Part shown: piece by piece, positions 30,411-40,312 of the stretch
How the letters are laid out: every line of letters starts with the position of its first letter
Numbering within the stretch: position 1 is the stretch's first letter
Assembly: GCA_938091495.1 (NCBI GenBank)
Contig: CALLJF010000012.1
Coordinates: 32,154-96,153 of the forward strand
Direction: 5' to 3'
DNA: 64,000 nucleotides
Origin: an uncultured Nitrososphaerales archaeon
Lineage (GTDB): Archaea; Thermoproteota; Nitrososphaeria; Nitrososphaerales; JACAEJ01
Translations under genes and position numbers: made by a program
The notes under the pieces: generated by a model
The model's input: only the letters and a program-made list of their open reading frames with translations
The model's database searches: none
What the model was told of the DNA's origin: nothing

Positions 30411-30559
30411 CCCAAAAATTAGGTAAATCCTAAATTTAAGTGTTTCTTCGCTAGGGAAATCTAGATATTAAAGAATATGAAAAAGTAATTCAATTTGTAA
30501 TTAACATAAAAGATAAGGTATTTATGAACATCTTTTCTTGAATCATCTAAATAAGGTTC

Positions 30560-32242
30560 GTGGCAATCTTGGTGAAGTGGGTAGTAACATCGGCATGGCC
30601 ATATTCCTCTGATATACCACATCTAGGCAACCTTATAGGCTCTGTATTGTCTGCAGACGTAATAGCAAGATATCTTAGGATGAAAAAACATTCAGTAATC
30701 TTCGTATCTGGCTCTGATGAGCATGGGACACCAGTTGAGATAGAAGCAATAAAGCATAAAATTCCAGTAAGAGAGTTTGCAGATGCTAACCATGAGCGCA
30801 TAAAGAAATTGTTTGAGGATTGGAAAATATCTTATGATAACTATACAAGGACAGAAAGCCCAACTCATATAAATTTCGTAATGAATCATTTTAGAGAGAT
30901 ATATGAGAATGGCTTCATATTTGAAGAAGAGGAGCTTGTGCATTATTGCCCTAAAGACAAAAAATTTCTACCAGATAGATTTGTTGAAGGGACTTGCCCG
31001 TATTGTGGAGCACGTGGTGCAAGAGGGGATCAGTGTGATAATTGTGGAAAGCCTTTGGATGCTATAAAGCTCATAGATGCTTATTGTGCCATTTGTAACG
31101 GTAAGACCGAGATTAAAAGTACAAAACAATGGTACTTCGATCTGCCAAAGCTAAGTGAGAGAATAAGGAGCTATCTTTTGAACAATAAAGAGCTTTCTGA
31201 AAACGCCGTAACCTTTAGCCTAAGCCTAATAGAAGAAGGGTTAAAGCCTCGCTCTCTCACAAGGGATACTCAATGGGGGATACCTGCACCTTTCCCAGGA
31301 GCTGAAGGAAAGACTATCTACGTATGGATGGAAGCCGTTTTAGGCTATGTCTCGGCCGTTATAGAGTACTTTAAGATTAAAGAAAATGAAGATGGATGGA
31401 AGGATTATTGGCTTGATCCAAGTACAAAGACAGCCTTTTTCATAGGTAAGGACAATATACCTTTTCATACCATCATCTTTCCAGCCCTTCTCCTTGCATC
31501 AAAACAAAATTACACTCTGCCAAATGTAGTTAGTGCCACTGAATTTCTTCAATTCGAAGGGAAAAAGTTCTCAAAGAGCAGAAGGATAGGCATATGGATA
31601 AACGAAGCCCTTGAGATTTTACCTGTGGATTACTGGAGATATTGTCTATTATCCATTAGGCCTGAAAGCGGAGATGTAAACTTCACCTATGAGTTATTAG
31701 AGGAAAAGGTGAACAGTGAGCTTAACGACAAGATAGGGAATTTTATCAATAGAACCCTCTTTGCTATAAAGAGATTTATGAAAGGTGAAATTGCCAAGAG
31801 ACCAAAGCTAAGTCAGCAAGGAGAAGATATGATAGAGAAAATAAATCTAAGGCATGACAAAATTGATGAGCAATACGAAAGATTCAGGATTCAAAGGGCT
31901 GTCAAGCTCACTTTAGAACAAGCTGAAGAAGGCAATGTGTACCTCAATTTGACCGAACCTTGGAAGACTTTTGAATCAAATCAAGATGCAACCTATGAGT
32001 CTCTTTACGTGGTGGCAAGAATGGTCAAGGCATTATCAATAGAACTCTACCCTATAATCCCCAGCACTGCTGATAAAATATGGTCTTTCCTTGGATTAAA
32101 AGGTAAATTGGATAATGCTGATTGGTCAGAAGCGAAAGAAGATTTTCATTATCCAGTCAAAATAGGTGAGTTTCATTCATTGTTTAAGAAGATTAAAAAA
32201 GAAGAAGTTATAAAAAGACTCGATGAAATTAGGAAGAAGTAG
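30560..32242 (+). CDS. metG: Methionyl-tRNA synthetase (without the C-terminal tRNA-binding domain)
   Basis: AWPY..PHLGN, GSDEHG, zinc knuckles, GKDNIPFH, KFSKS. Confidence 0.98.
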   Translation: MAILVKWVVTSAWPYSSDIPHLGNLIGSVLSADVIARYLRMKKHSVIFVSGSDEHGTPVEIEAIKHKIPVREFADANHERIKKLFEDWKISYDNYTRTESPTHINFVMNHFREIYENGFIFEEEELVHYCPKDKKFLPDRFVEGTCPYCGARGARGDQCDNCGKPLDAIKLIDAYCAICNGKTEIKSTKQWYFDLPKLSERIRSYLLNNKELSENAVTFSLSLIEEGLKPRSLTRDTQWGIPAPFPGAEGKTIYVWMEAVLGYVSAVIEYFKIKENEDGWKDYWLDPSTKTAFFIGKDNIPFHTIIFPALLLASKQNYTLPNVVSATEFLQFEGKKFSKSRRIGIWINEALEILPVDYWRYCLLSIRPESGDVNFTYELLEEKVNSELNDKIGNFINRTLFAIKRFMKGEIAKRPKLSQQGEDMIEKINLRHDKIDEQYERFRIQRAVKLTLEQAEEGNVYLNLTEPWKTFESNQDATYESLYVVARMVKALSIELYPIIPSTADKIWSFLGLKGKLDNADWSEAKEDFHYPVKIGEFHSLFKKIKKEEVIKRLDEIRKK

Positions 32243-32254
32243 GAGAGATGAAAA

Positions 32255-32584
32255 ATATCGAAAGAAGTTTCGTTTGAAGAATTCTCTAGATTAGACATAA
32301 GAATAGGCAAGATAGTAGATGCTCAACAGATACCTGGCTCTAAAAAGCTCATCAAACTTATAATAGATATAGGAGGAGCAACGAAAACTTCTGTGGCAGG
32401 AATAGGAGATGATTACAAGCCAGATCAATTATTATCAAAACTTGTAGCCATAGTCACTAACCTTAAGCCGAGAAAGGTCTTTGGGGTTGAATCTGAAGTT
32501 ATGATACTTGCTGCCCTTGATGGTCCTAATGTTTCGATCCTTCAACCTGATAAGCAAGTCAAGGCAGGAAGTAAGGTGACTTAA
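32255..32584 (+). CDS. Stand-alone tRNA-binding protein (Trbp/CsaA, MetRS C-domain-like); probable non-canonical ATA start
   Basis: The frame extends upstream of the called ORF as (ATA)SKEVSFEEFSRLDIRIGKI...KKLIKL; NLKPRKVFGVESEVMILAA; in-frame TGA at 32249. Confidence 0.88.
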   Translation: MSKEVSFEEFSRLDIRIGKIVDAQQIPGSKKLIKLIIDIGGATKTSVAGIGDDYKPDQLLSKLVAIVTNLKPRKVFGVESEVMILAALDGPNVSILQPDKQVKAGSKVT

Positions 32585-32593
32585 TTCAATTAT

Positions 32594-33841
32594 TCATCCA
32601 AGATACTTATCCATTGTTTTAATAGCACAGTATGTGCCACACATAGTGCATGCTTCATTTTTCTGCAAGTTTAGAGATATCATTTTTTCTGGGTAAAGTG
32701 CATAGTGAAACTGACCTGCCCAGTCTAGATTCCTCCTTCTTTTCGCCAATTCTAAATCTCTCTCAGAAATTCCGTATTTTATAGAATCGCCAATATGGGC
32801 AGCTATTCTAAATGCAATAACGCCTTGTTTTACATCATCTATATTTGGTAAAGAGAGATGCTCGCTAGGTGTAATATAACACAAATAATCTGCCCCAGCA
32901 CCAGCAGCAATGCTAGCACCAACACAAGCAGCTATATGATCATAACCTACTGCAACGTCTATAGGCAGAGGACCTGCGACGAATAAAGGGCGATTCTCGA
33001 TGATCTTCTTATGATACTTAACGTATTTCCAAATCTCCGCAGCATTAACATGTCCACCCATGCCTTCGATTATAACTTGCACTCCTTGTTCATTTGCTTT
33101 CTTAGCGAGTTCGCTGTTCATCTTTATTTCAAGTATTTGTGGCTCATCTTTTAAATCGTGAATGCAACCGCTACGCATACTATTACCTAGAGATAAGACA
33201 ATGTCTCTTCTCCTCAATATCTTCAAAATTTCGTCAAATCTCTCAAGAAAAGGATTTTCCACTTGATGCTCGATCATCCATGCTGCAGTTAGGCTTCCAC
33301 CCTTAGAGACCATGCCCATGATTCTTCTTTGATTCTTTAACTTCTCTAACATCTTAAGTGTAAAGCCAGCATGAATAACGATCGAACTCACACCCTCTTC
33401 AGTATGCTTTTCTATCATGTTAATCAAATTTCTATAGCTGACTTTATGGAGGGATTGGTACTCTGCAACTGCCTGATAAATAGGCACTGTAGTAATTGGC
33501 AAGCTTGTAGCAGTGAATATACTCTTTCGAATGGCATCTATATTTCCACCCATGGACAAATCTGAAATCGTGTGCGCCCCAAATTTTTCAGCAACCTTGG
33601 CCTTCTCAACTTCTTCGATTGGATCAACTACTATAGGGGATGTTCCTATGTTCGCATTTATTTTGGTGCTTAACCCTTTCCCGATTCCAAGTGAGCCATA
33701 ACCCTTGCGAGTCATGATTACAATTTCTCCTTTCTCTACACTTTCTCGAATGAACTTTGCCTCTAACTTCTCAGACTTTGCTACTATCTCCATCCCTTGA
33801 GTTATTGTACCAGCAAAGGCAGCCTCTAACTCCGTTTCCAT
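32594..33841 (-). CDS. ThiC/Bza-family radical SAM protein, paralog 1 (divergent)
   Basis: KINANIGTS, DLSMGG, YDHI, LCYITPSEHL, CTMCGTYC; the usual GPGH reads GMGGH. Confidence 0.9.
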   Translation of the reverse strand: METELEAAFAGTITQGMEIVAKSEKLEAKFIRESVEKGEIVIMTRKGYGSLGIGKGLSTKINANIGTSPIVVDPIEEVEKAKVAEKFGAHTISDLSMGGNIDAIRKSIFTATSLPITTVPIYQAVAEYQSLHKVSYRNLINMIEKHTEEGVSSIVIHAGFTLKMLEKLKNQRRIMGMVSKGGSLTAAWMIEHQVENPFLERFDEILKILRRRDIVLSLGNSMRSGCIHDLKDEPQILEIKMNSELAKKANEQGVQVIIEGMGGHVNAAEIWKYVKYHKKIIENRPLFVAGPLPIDVAVGYDHIAACVGASIAAGAGADYLCYITPSEHLSLPNIDDVKQGVIAFRIAAHIGDSIKYGISERDLELAKRRRNLDWAGQFHYALYPEKMISLNLQKNEACTMCGTYCAIKTMDKYLG

Positions 33842-33894
33842 ATCTCAAACCCTCTACTTACCCATTCTAAACCTTTCTCGCCTTATCTAAAAGG

Positions 33895-34248
33895 CTAGGA
33901 AAACATAGAGCATCTTCTCTTATGATCGATAAAGGAATTTATGATAAACTCTTTAAGGTTCAACGGATCATCGATAAAAGCAACAGTGGAATTCCCATTC
34001 ATTCTTGCCATATCATCACATATATCCCTTAACCTAACATTAGAGTCTAGCATCATTATGTTCATTCTTATGCCCTCCCTTCCTGCTAAATAGGAAGTCC
34101 TCAAAGCACTTTGTAATGGTGTTTGCCCTGGATAGTAAGAGATCGTTGGTTCACTGTCTGTTATTAGGAAGATGTTCCTGTTGCCATCCTCTTTCGCTAA
34201 AATCTTTCTAGTAAAATCCAGTGCGTGCCCAATGTCCTTAAATGCCAA
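33895..34248 (-). pseudogene. C-terminal fragment of a vWA-domain protein
   Basis: DIGHALDFTRKILAK..NRNIFLITDSEPT; the N-terminal MIDAS region is missing and the fragment is joined to the ATPase fragment. Confidence 0.65.
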
Positions 34249-34644
34249 TCAGGAATTTCTGACTCCAAGCCTTTTACTTTCACTAGATACATATTTCTTT
34301 TTCCTATTTCGATCTCTTCTTCAAGAGTTTCAGGAGGGGCTATCTCTATTTCTTCCATTCTATCCAAAAGTGGCTCTTTTATAGGGCTTTTACCCCTATA
34401 GTTTGCAGGATTTGTTGCAGCCAATATGATTGCATCAAGTCTAAATGGAACTATATCCCCCTCTGTAGTTGTCACTTGCTTTTCCTCAAAAAGTTCATGA
34501 AGCAATGTTTGAAGAGACGAGGGTATTGCCCCAAATATCAACCTCACTTCCACCTAGAACGTAATAAGGCGCATTATTCCTGTTAACCTTAATATCCTCA
34601 AAGAGTAGTTCAGTAGGTATCTTTGGCTTCACTCTTACACCCAT
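34197..34644 (-). pseudogene. Fragments of an AAA+ ATPase (Mg-chelatase/MoxR-like)
   Basis: N-terminal MGVRVKPK..., a frameshift, then LQTLLHELFEEKQV...AATNPANY...PIKEPLLDR (sensor 1/Arg finger); Walker A and B are absent. Confidence 0.7.
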
Positions 34645-34875
34645 ATTCTAAGCTTACCATGATTATTTACAATCTAGGATAATAATGTTCTGCTTTTTTG
34701 TTACCATCGCCATTCTTCATGACAATTCTCTTACAAACCAACAATCGTCCAATTTTCTCCTTCAGCCTCTTCAAAAATCTGACAGGTTCTAACATTAGAT
34801 TCTTTAACTTCGTGATAAATTCTGATGTACTAAATTTTGATATCGCTTGATTTTTGCATTAGAAATACAAAAGTT

Positions 34876-36657
34876 TCAAAAGTCCATTGCATTAAGAATC
34901 TCTTCTGGCAAGCCAGGACATTGAATACTTAAGTAGTATTTACTCTTGATTATTTGGGCTTTTATGAGTTCTCTCATTTCTTCCATACGACGATATGTAA
35001 AAGGATTCAATTGACTAAGTCTCTCTTTTGAAATGCCTTCGATTTCAGTTGATACAAGTACTTTCTCGCCCCATATTGGATGAGGTTCGTATTCAACAGC
35101 CCCTCTAGCAGCTTGGAGCAAGAATAACTCTGTTTCTTCTATCGTTGGGCTTGTACCACCAACAGGCTTTGGAATACCATTTGATCCTGTTTTGAGCTTT
35201 GACCTAGGCATCATGTAACTCTTGTCACCAAGTTTTTCTTCGACCCACTCATATTCCGAGCCTATCTTACCAAGGGTAGTCAGCAGGTATAAATCAACAG
35301 GATTGCCCTTCTCTTTTCTCTTTTTCAGTATTTCATAGAATCTAACCACATGCGCAGCGTTACCAACTCCCATCGTAAAAGGCAAACAATACCTAGATTC
35401 GTATAATTCTTTGCCCACTACAGCCAGAGATTGAGCAGGGTGACCAATCGTTCTACCATCTGCCAATACTTTAGCGGCAAAGGCCAAATCTTCTATCTTA
35501 ACCCAAGCATAGTCACAGAAGTTTCCTGGACTTATGAATACTGCCATATTCAATGGACCTGTTGAATCTATTTGGCCATCGAAATAACCCGTATCTTCTA
35601 AGTTAAATACACTCCTAGCATTGCGATTTTGTGCTCCCTGATACTGGAAGAGTGTCCCACCTAAGCATGGATTCCCATCAGGCCCAAATTCTGTATTTTC
35701 ATGCAAAGCGTTAGATGACATCGCCGCACGCCAGATAGGAAGTTGAAGTTCTGTTACATCCTCAGTTTTAGTCCAAGAGCCCCTTTCTGAGCCATATACT
35801 CGATCCTCAAATACTGCCACAATATCATCATTTCTTATCACCTGGTCTGATAAATATTCAGTTGGATCTACACCAAATTGCTGAACAAACAAGTGCTTAT
35901 TGTGCTCACCGAAGACATACATGCCATGAGTTGATTTCCCAGTGCCAGTTAATCCCCAAATACACATTACAATTCTTTTAGATTTATCATCGACTGTTTT
36001 TACAGTGAACTCCCTTAAAGATGCATGTTCACCACATCCGCCTTTTTTGTAAACAAAATAAATCCAATGGGACAAGAAGCCTTTTTTCACTTCACCTTGA
36101 TATGAGCTACAAGTCACAATAGTATAATTATGGAATGGAAAGCGAATTACCCGAAGCATTTGGTTTGTTCCAGGTATGTTTGGATTTCCTAAGTAATGAG
36201 GAATATCAATGAGCATTACATCCGGTTCTTCTTCTGGAGGAGCTGGGAAGTTTATCCGGGACCACCTATAGGCAATGTCTGGGAATTGAGGATCACAGTA
36301 TAATCTGGCATGCATTTTGACAGGAGAATTTTTTGACCCTAAGTAACAGTCGACCTGAATTAGAGGACCTTGGGCTAAGATATGCTCGAGTACCCTCATC
36401 ATTAAAAATTTATAATCAGGTTTTAAGTCTTCATTCTTCTCAATTACCAAACTTCCAGTAGCAGATCGATGCCAGATATTTGAAGCCCAGCCCCAAGCAT
36501 TATTCTTAAATCTTGTACCATAAAATTTTGCCCTCTCAAATAGATCTGGTGGATTGTTCAATATCGCTTTGATTCCAGCTTTCTCTTTCATTTCAATAAT
36601 TTTAAAAAAAAGTTCCTTGAATCCTTCAATCGTTATTTCTTCTTGTTTTATTAACAA
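34876..36657 (-). CDS. Phosphoenolpyruvate carboxykinase (ATP)-like protein, divergent
   Basis: YQGEVKKG, HAS, GLTGTGKST P-loop, NDD metal motif, ENT, RNARS; strong AGGAGG SD. Confidence 0.8.
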   Translation of the reverse strand: MLIKQEEITIEGFKELFFKIIEMKEKAGIKAILNNPPDLFERAKFYGTRFKNNAWGWASNIWHRSATGSLVIEKNEDLKPDYKFLMMRVLEHILAQGPLIQVDCYLGSKNSPVKMHARLYCDPQFPDIAYRWSRINFPAPPEEEPDVMLIDIPHYLGNPNIPGTNQMLRVIRFPFHNYTIVTCSSYQGEVKKGFLSHWIYFVYKKGGCGEHASLREFTVKTVDDKSKRIVMCIWGLTGTGKSTHGMYVFGEHNKHLFVQQFGVDPTEYLSDQVIRNDDIVAVFEDRVYGSERGSWTKTEDVTELQLPIWRAAMSSNALHENTEFGPDGNPCLGGTLFQYQGAQNRNARSVFNLEDTGYFDGQIDSTGPLNMAVFISPGNFCDYAWVKIEDLAFAAKVLADGRTIGHPAQSLAVVGKELYESRYCLPFTMGVGNAAHVVRFYEILKKRKEKGNPVDLYLLTTLGKIGSEYEWVEEKLGDKSYMMPRSKLKTGSNGIPKPVGGTSPTIEETELFLLQAARGAVEYEPHPIWGEKVLVSTEIEGISKERLSQLNPFTYRRMEEMRELIKAQIIKSKYYLSIQCPGLPEEILNAMDF

Positions 36658-37216
36658 TTCAATTAACCTCCTCCTGCTTTTTGTCTAGACTATGTTGTCT
36701 AACTCTTTGATTATCAAAAATAAAGTCAAGCCAGAACTTCGTTTTTTCATGTTCAACATAAAGTTGTAATTCCCAAAAAATAGTTTTTACCAAGGCTTTT
36801 TTCTGTCCTCCTCAACTCTTCGAGCTTGAGATGGTGTGCACTAGGCTGATTGTATGCATGGTCTGCTAGTCTTAAGGCTCTCTTATCGCTCATACTTCCA
36901 TTGCCTACTATACTGCGTAAATAAAATCTTTACTAATTAAATGTTAAAACTAATACTTCTCTATGAACCAAGTCTTGTCGAAATCTTTAATCTGCTTAAC
37001 CGTAGTTTCAGGCTTCCATACTACACACATAGCTATGTCTTTATCCATGTCTATACTCTTGTAGAGTTCCAGCCAGATGAAGGCAAGTATCGTATAAACA
37101 GCCATGGCAAGCTTGTTAGAATCAGCGACGAATTCTTTGTATTTCTCCCTCCTGATGATGTAAACACATCGAAAGTTGTCTCCAACGTTTCACTCCTAAT
37201 GTAACAAAGCTTGTAA

Positions 37217-38362
37217 TTATATATGCCTTACCTCTTGAGTAAAGTACCGGATAGCATGTGATACCCTCCCAAGATGCTCTAACGCACATTCGTAATTTGG
37301 ATAAGTCTTCATACCACACTCAGGACCTGCATATGGAACCCTTTCAATACCATAGAAATCCACTGCTTTTTTCAATCTTTTTTTCATTATTTCAACAGAT
37401 TCGAGATAGTCCTTCGGATCGATTGTCCCTTTCTTTATCCCAGCCCAAACCTTTTCAACCTTTTGCATAAGAGCCGCTTCATTAACTTCTCTAGATTTTA
37501 TTAGGGTCTCATCTCTGACCAGCCTGTCAAAATCAGTCACGCATATGCTCGATTTCAGGAATTTATCCCTTTCCTCAAGTAATTGCTTTGCTCTTTTAGA
37601 TTCATAGATGGGGTCTTCAACGTGTGATTCAATTATATTCAGTGAGTTTATCTCCCAAAACAACTCATCTGATGTGTTATGAAGGTGAATGCACGACTTC
37701 ACTCCTCTTAAAATTATCTCATGGAAAATATTCTCCCATGCCTTTAGCAATTCTTCTCTTCCTTCAGAACCGTAATCGATCAAAGGATCGCTCAAAAAAC
37801 CAAAAACTGGCTCATCAACAGCAATTAGTTCTATCTCTGAGTATTTGTCTTTATGAATGTTGTTTGAAACGAATTTTGATATAACTTTACTTAGCTCACT
37901 GAATATACCGCTTGTTCTATTTAAAAGAAGAGATGAAATCGTATATGGTCCAGTTATGCAGATCTTTATCTTAAAAGTATTGCCTAATTTCTCATAAATC
38001 CTTCTCGAATTCTTTTTGATTGCCTGGACCTCAGGTATTCTAGCCGTTTCAGGTTTTACTGATAAGCTTCCGACGATCGAGTAACCGTCTTTACCCTTTT
38101 CTATTCCCTCTATCGAGTCTAGGAACATCTTGTTCATGTCTCTGAATTGTGGATAGTTAGGAACGTTTATTCCGGCTTCAAGCTTGTCTAAGAATCCTTT
38201 TACGATTTTCTCCTCAAAATATATTATAGGCTTGTATAAAGGATGATCCGTGCCATGGAGAAGGGGAAGCATCGAGTTGAAGTTCATGGCTCCTTTTGAG
38301 AATTTATCGAAATCTCCAATAAAGGGCATGCTCCCAACATCGTAGGATTTGATCTTTGACAA
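37217..38362 (-). CDS. Methionine synthase, cobalamin-independent catalytic-domain type (MetE C-terminal/MesA-like)
   Basis: DVGSMP, YPQFRDM, ITGPYT, VDEP, IHLH, GPECG motifs. Confidence 0.75.
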   Translation of the reverse strand: MSKIKSYDVGSMPFIGDFDKFSKGAMNFNSMLPLLHGTDHPLYKPIIYFEEKIVKGFLDKLEAGINVPNYPQFRDMNKMFLDSIEGIEKGKDGYSIVGSLSVKPETARIPEVQAIKKNSRRIYEKLGNTFKIKICITGPYTISSLLLNRTSGIFSELSKVISKFVSNNIHKDKYSEIELIAVDEPVFGFLSDPLIDYGSEGREELLKAWENIFHEIILRGVKSCIHLHNTSDELFWEINSLNIIESHVEDPIYESKRAKQLLEERDKFLKSSICVTDFDRLVRDETLIKSREVNEAALMQKVEKVWAGIKKGTIDPKDYLESVEIMKKRLKKAVDFYGIERVPYAGPECGMKTYPNYECALEHLGRVSHAIRYFTQEVRHI

Positions 38363-38503
38363 TTATCTTAATCCTCCAAGTTTAGAAAAGAGTCTTACTG
38401 CATGTAAAGGTTATCGCTTCAGCTATAAATCTTACCTCTATTCATCTTAAGCATAACATGTCAAGAAAGACATGTAGTTGGAGTTCATATTATGATGGCA
38501 AAT

Positions 38504-38627
38504 TGGTGCGGGGGGTGGGATTTGAACCCACGAACCCCTAAGGGACAGGGTTCTAGGATCATCGTTCTAAGCCCTGCGCTTCCAAGAAGCGAGTAGTTTC
38601 TCTTTGACCAGGCTTGGCAACCCCCGC
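38504..38627 (-). tRNA. tRNA-Leu(TAG) with two introns (38580-38601 at 23/24; 38551-38564, best BHB at 38/39); CCA encoded
   Basis: Removing 22 + 14 nt gives an 88-nt GCGGGGG...CAGGG-CT-TAG-AA-CCCTG...long variable arm...CCCCCGC-A-CCA. Confidence 0.9.
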
Positions 38628-38766
38628 TCATATAATTTGCTAATAAAGCCATATTTATGGTTAATTCAGAAAAGAATTCGGCTATTTTTGATAGAAGAGA
38701 ATCAGTGAGTTTTAAACTCATGCTTCTCTCTAAGTGGCATACACACTTTTCATAGGCTCGGTCTTT

Positions 38767-39765
38767 CTACAAGGAAGCACTTTTTGGGGAAGGCAAAACC
38801 TTCTTTATGGGCTCTCCGTCAAGGTAAGAACAACGAAGTCCGAACTTTCTGACACATTCTAGGCATAGGGCAGGGTCACAAAGGGATGTTGTAAGGTACT
38901 TTTCACCACCATCTGGAGCCATGACCACCATGACTCCTTTGTCTAACTCTCTTGCCTTCTTTAAGGCTATGTAAAAAATCGCTCCAGAGCTAGGCCCTAC
39001 AAAAATTCCTTCTCCCAATGCTAACATTCTTGCTGTCTCTTCAGCCTGTTTTATGTCTACTCGATGTATTTCATCGACCCTTGAAGGTTCCCAAATCTTT
39101 GGTACGTATTGGGTCTCCAGGTTCTTTAAGCCTTGAATTGGAGTTTTAACATCTGGCTCTACAGCGATAATTCTAACATTAGGATTATACTCCTTTAATC
39201 TTTTGGATACTCCTACCAGAGTGCCACTAGTTCCTATCCCAGCCACGAAATGGGTTATCCTACCATTCGTATCCTTCCATATCTCCTCTGCTGTTGTTTC
39301 GTAGTGAGCGAGAACATTGTACTTATTGGCGAATTGATTTGGCATAAAGTATCTTTCAGGGTCTTTGCTTATGATCTCCCTTGCCAAGTCTTCAGCACCG
39401 TCCATACCCTTTGATCCTTCAGACAGGATTATCTTGGCTCCCAAGGCAATGAGGATAAGCCTTCTTTCAAGGGTCATGGTTTCAGGCATTACCAAAATTA
39501 GTTCGTAGCCTTTCGCGGCGCAGACAAGAGCTAAACCTATGCCTGTGTTACCGCTGGTGGGCTCTATTATTATCTTATCCTTTGTCAACTCGCCAGTCTT
39601 CTCAGCATGCTCTATCATATACTTGGAAATCCGATCTTTGACTGAGCCACCTGGGTTGAACTTCTCCAATTTTAAGTACAATTCTAGATTCTTGTTTGGA
39701 TTCAGTCTATTTATTCTCACCATAGGAGTATTCCCAATCAAGTCCAGTATGCTATCAGCAATCAT
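38767..39765 (-). CDS. Cysteine synthase (CysK/CysM family)
   Basis: NPGGSVKDR, EPTSGNTG, NQFAN, GIGTSGT, GPSSGA, PDGGEKY. Confidence 0.93.
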   Translation of the reverse strand: MIADSILDLIGNTPMVRINRLNPNKNLELYLKLEKFNPGGSVKDRISKYMIEHAEKTGELTKDKIIIEPTSGNTGIGLALVCAAKGYELILVMPETMTLERRLILIALGAKIILSEGSKGMDGAEDLAREIISKDPERYFMPNQFANKYNVLAHYETTAEEIWKDTNGRITHFVAGIGTSGTLVGVSKRLKEYNPNVRIIAVEPDVKTPIQGLKNLETQYVPKIWEPSRVDEIHRVDIKQAEETARMLALGEGIFVGPSSGAIFYIALKKARELDKGVMVVMAPDGGEKYLTTSLCDPALCLECVRKFGLRCSYLDGEPIKKVLPSPKSASL

Positions 39766-39833
39766 GATAGATTATTAATAACAGTGTCATATTAATTTTG
39801 TTAGTGCAAAGTTTTCCATATCTATGAAAAATG

Positions 39834-39937
39834 TGGTAGCCCGGGCCAGATTCGAACTGGCGTCACCAGGTAACCCCTTTTTGGATCCAGAGCCTGGCAT
39901 CCATAGCCCTTGAGGTTGACCGCTAGACGACCGGGCT
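39834..39937 (-). tRNA. tRNA-Gln(CTG) with two introns (39903-39915 at 21/22; 39872-39886 at 37/38); CCA encoded
   Basis: Removing 13 + 15 nt yields a 76-nt AGCCCGG...CCAGG-CT-CTG-GA-CCTGG...CCGGGCT-A-CCA; both introns form BHB-like motifs. Confidence 0.92.
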
Positions 39938-40312
39938 TCCAGACTCATTTAGAAAAGAACGGATTAAAATCTTTTCCAGCTAGTCTGGGCGGTGTTAAAT
40001 TAGCATCATTTTGACTTGATGGTCAGATCTTTTCCTCTTAGGACTCGAAGGAATGTCTTGGTTCAAGAGAGAACCATTCAGTATCTAGAATAGGATTGAT
40101 GGCTTTTATGATTACTATCCATGCTTGAGCATGTGAATAGATTGCTCTATCTCTTCACATATCTACACGATGCTAGAAGACACATCAAGTTTAAAGAGAT
40201 ACTGAGCCTCAAGGTGAGTGGGCCTTAAGTTAACATCGCCCTCTTAAGACTGGCAAAACTATTTGATTAACTAATCCAATTCAGTGAGTAAAGTAAACTT
40301 TACGCTGTGAGA

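Noticed and set aside
38485..38721. 78-aa ORF in the track
   Set aside because: It overlies tRNA-Leu(TAG); spurious.
39990..40310. About 320-nt gap between tRNA-Gln and alba as a possible ncRNA (SRP or RNase P RNA)
   Set aside because: AT-rich with no GC-rich helices or conserved motifs; more likely decayed coding DNA.
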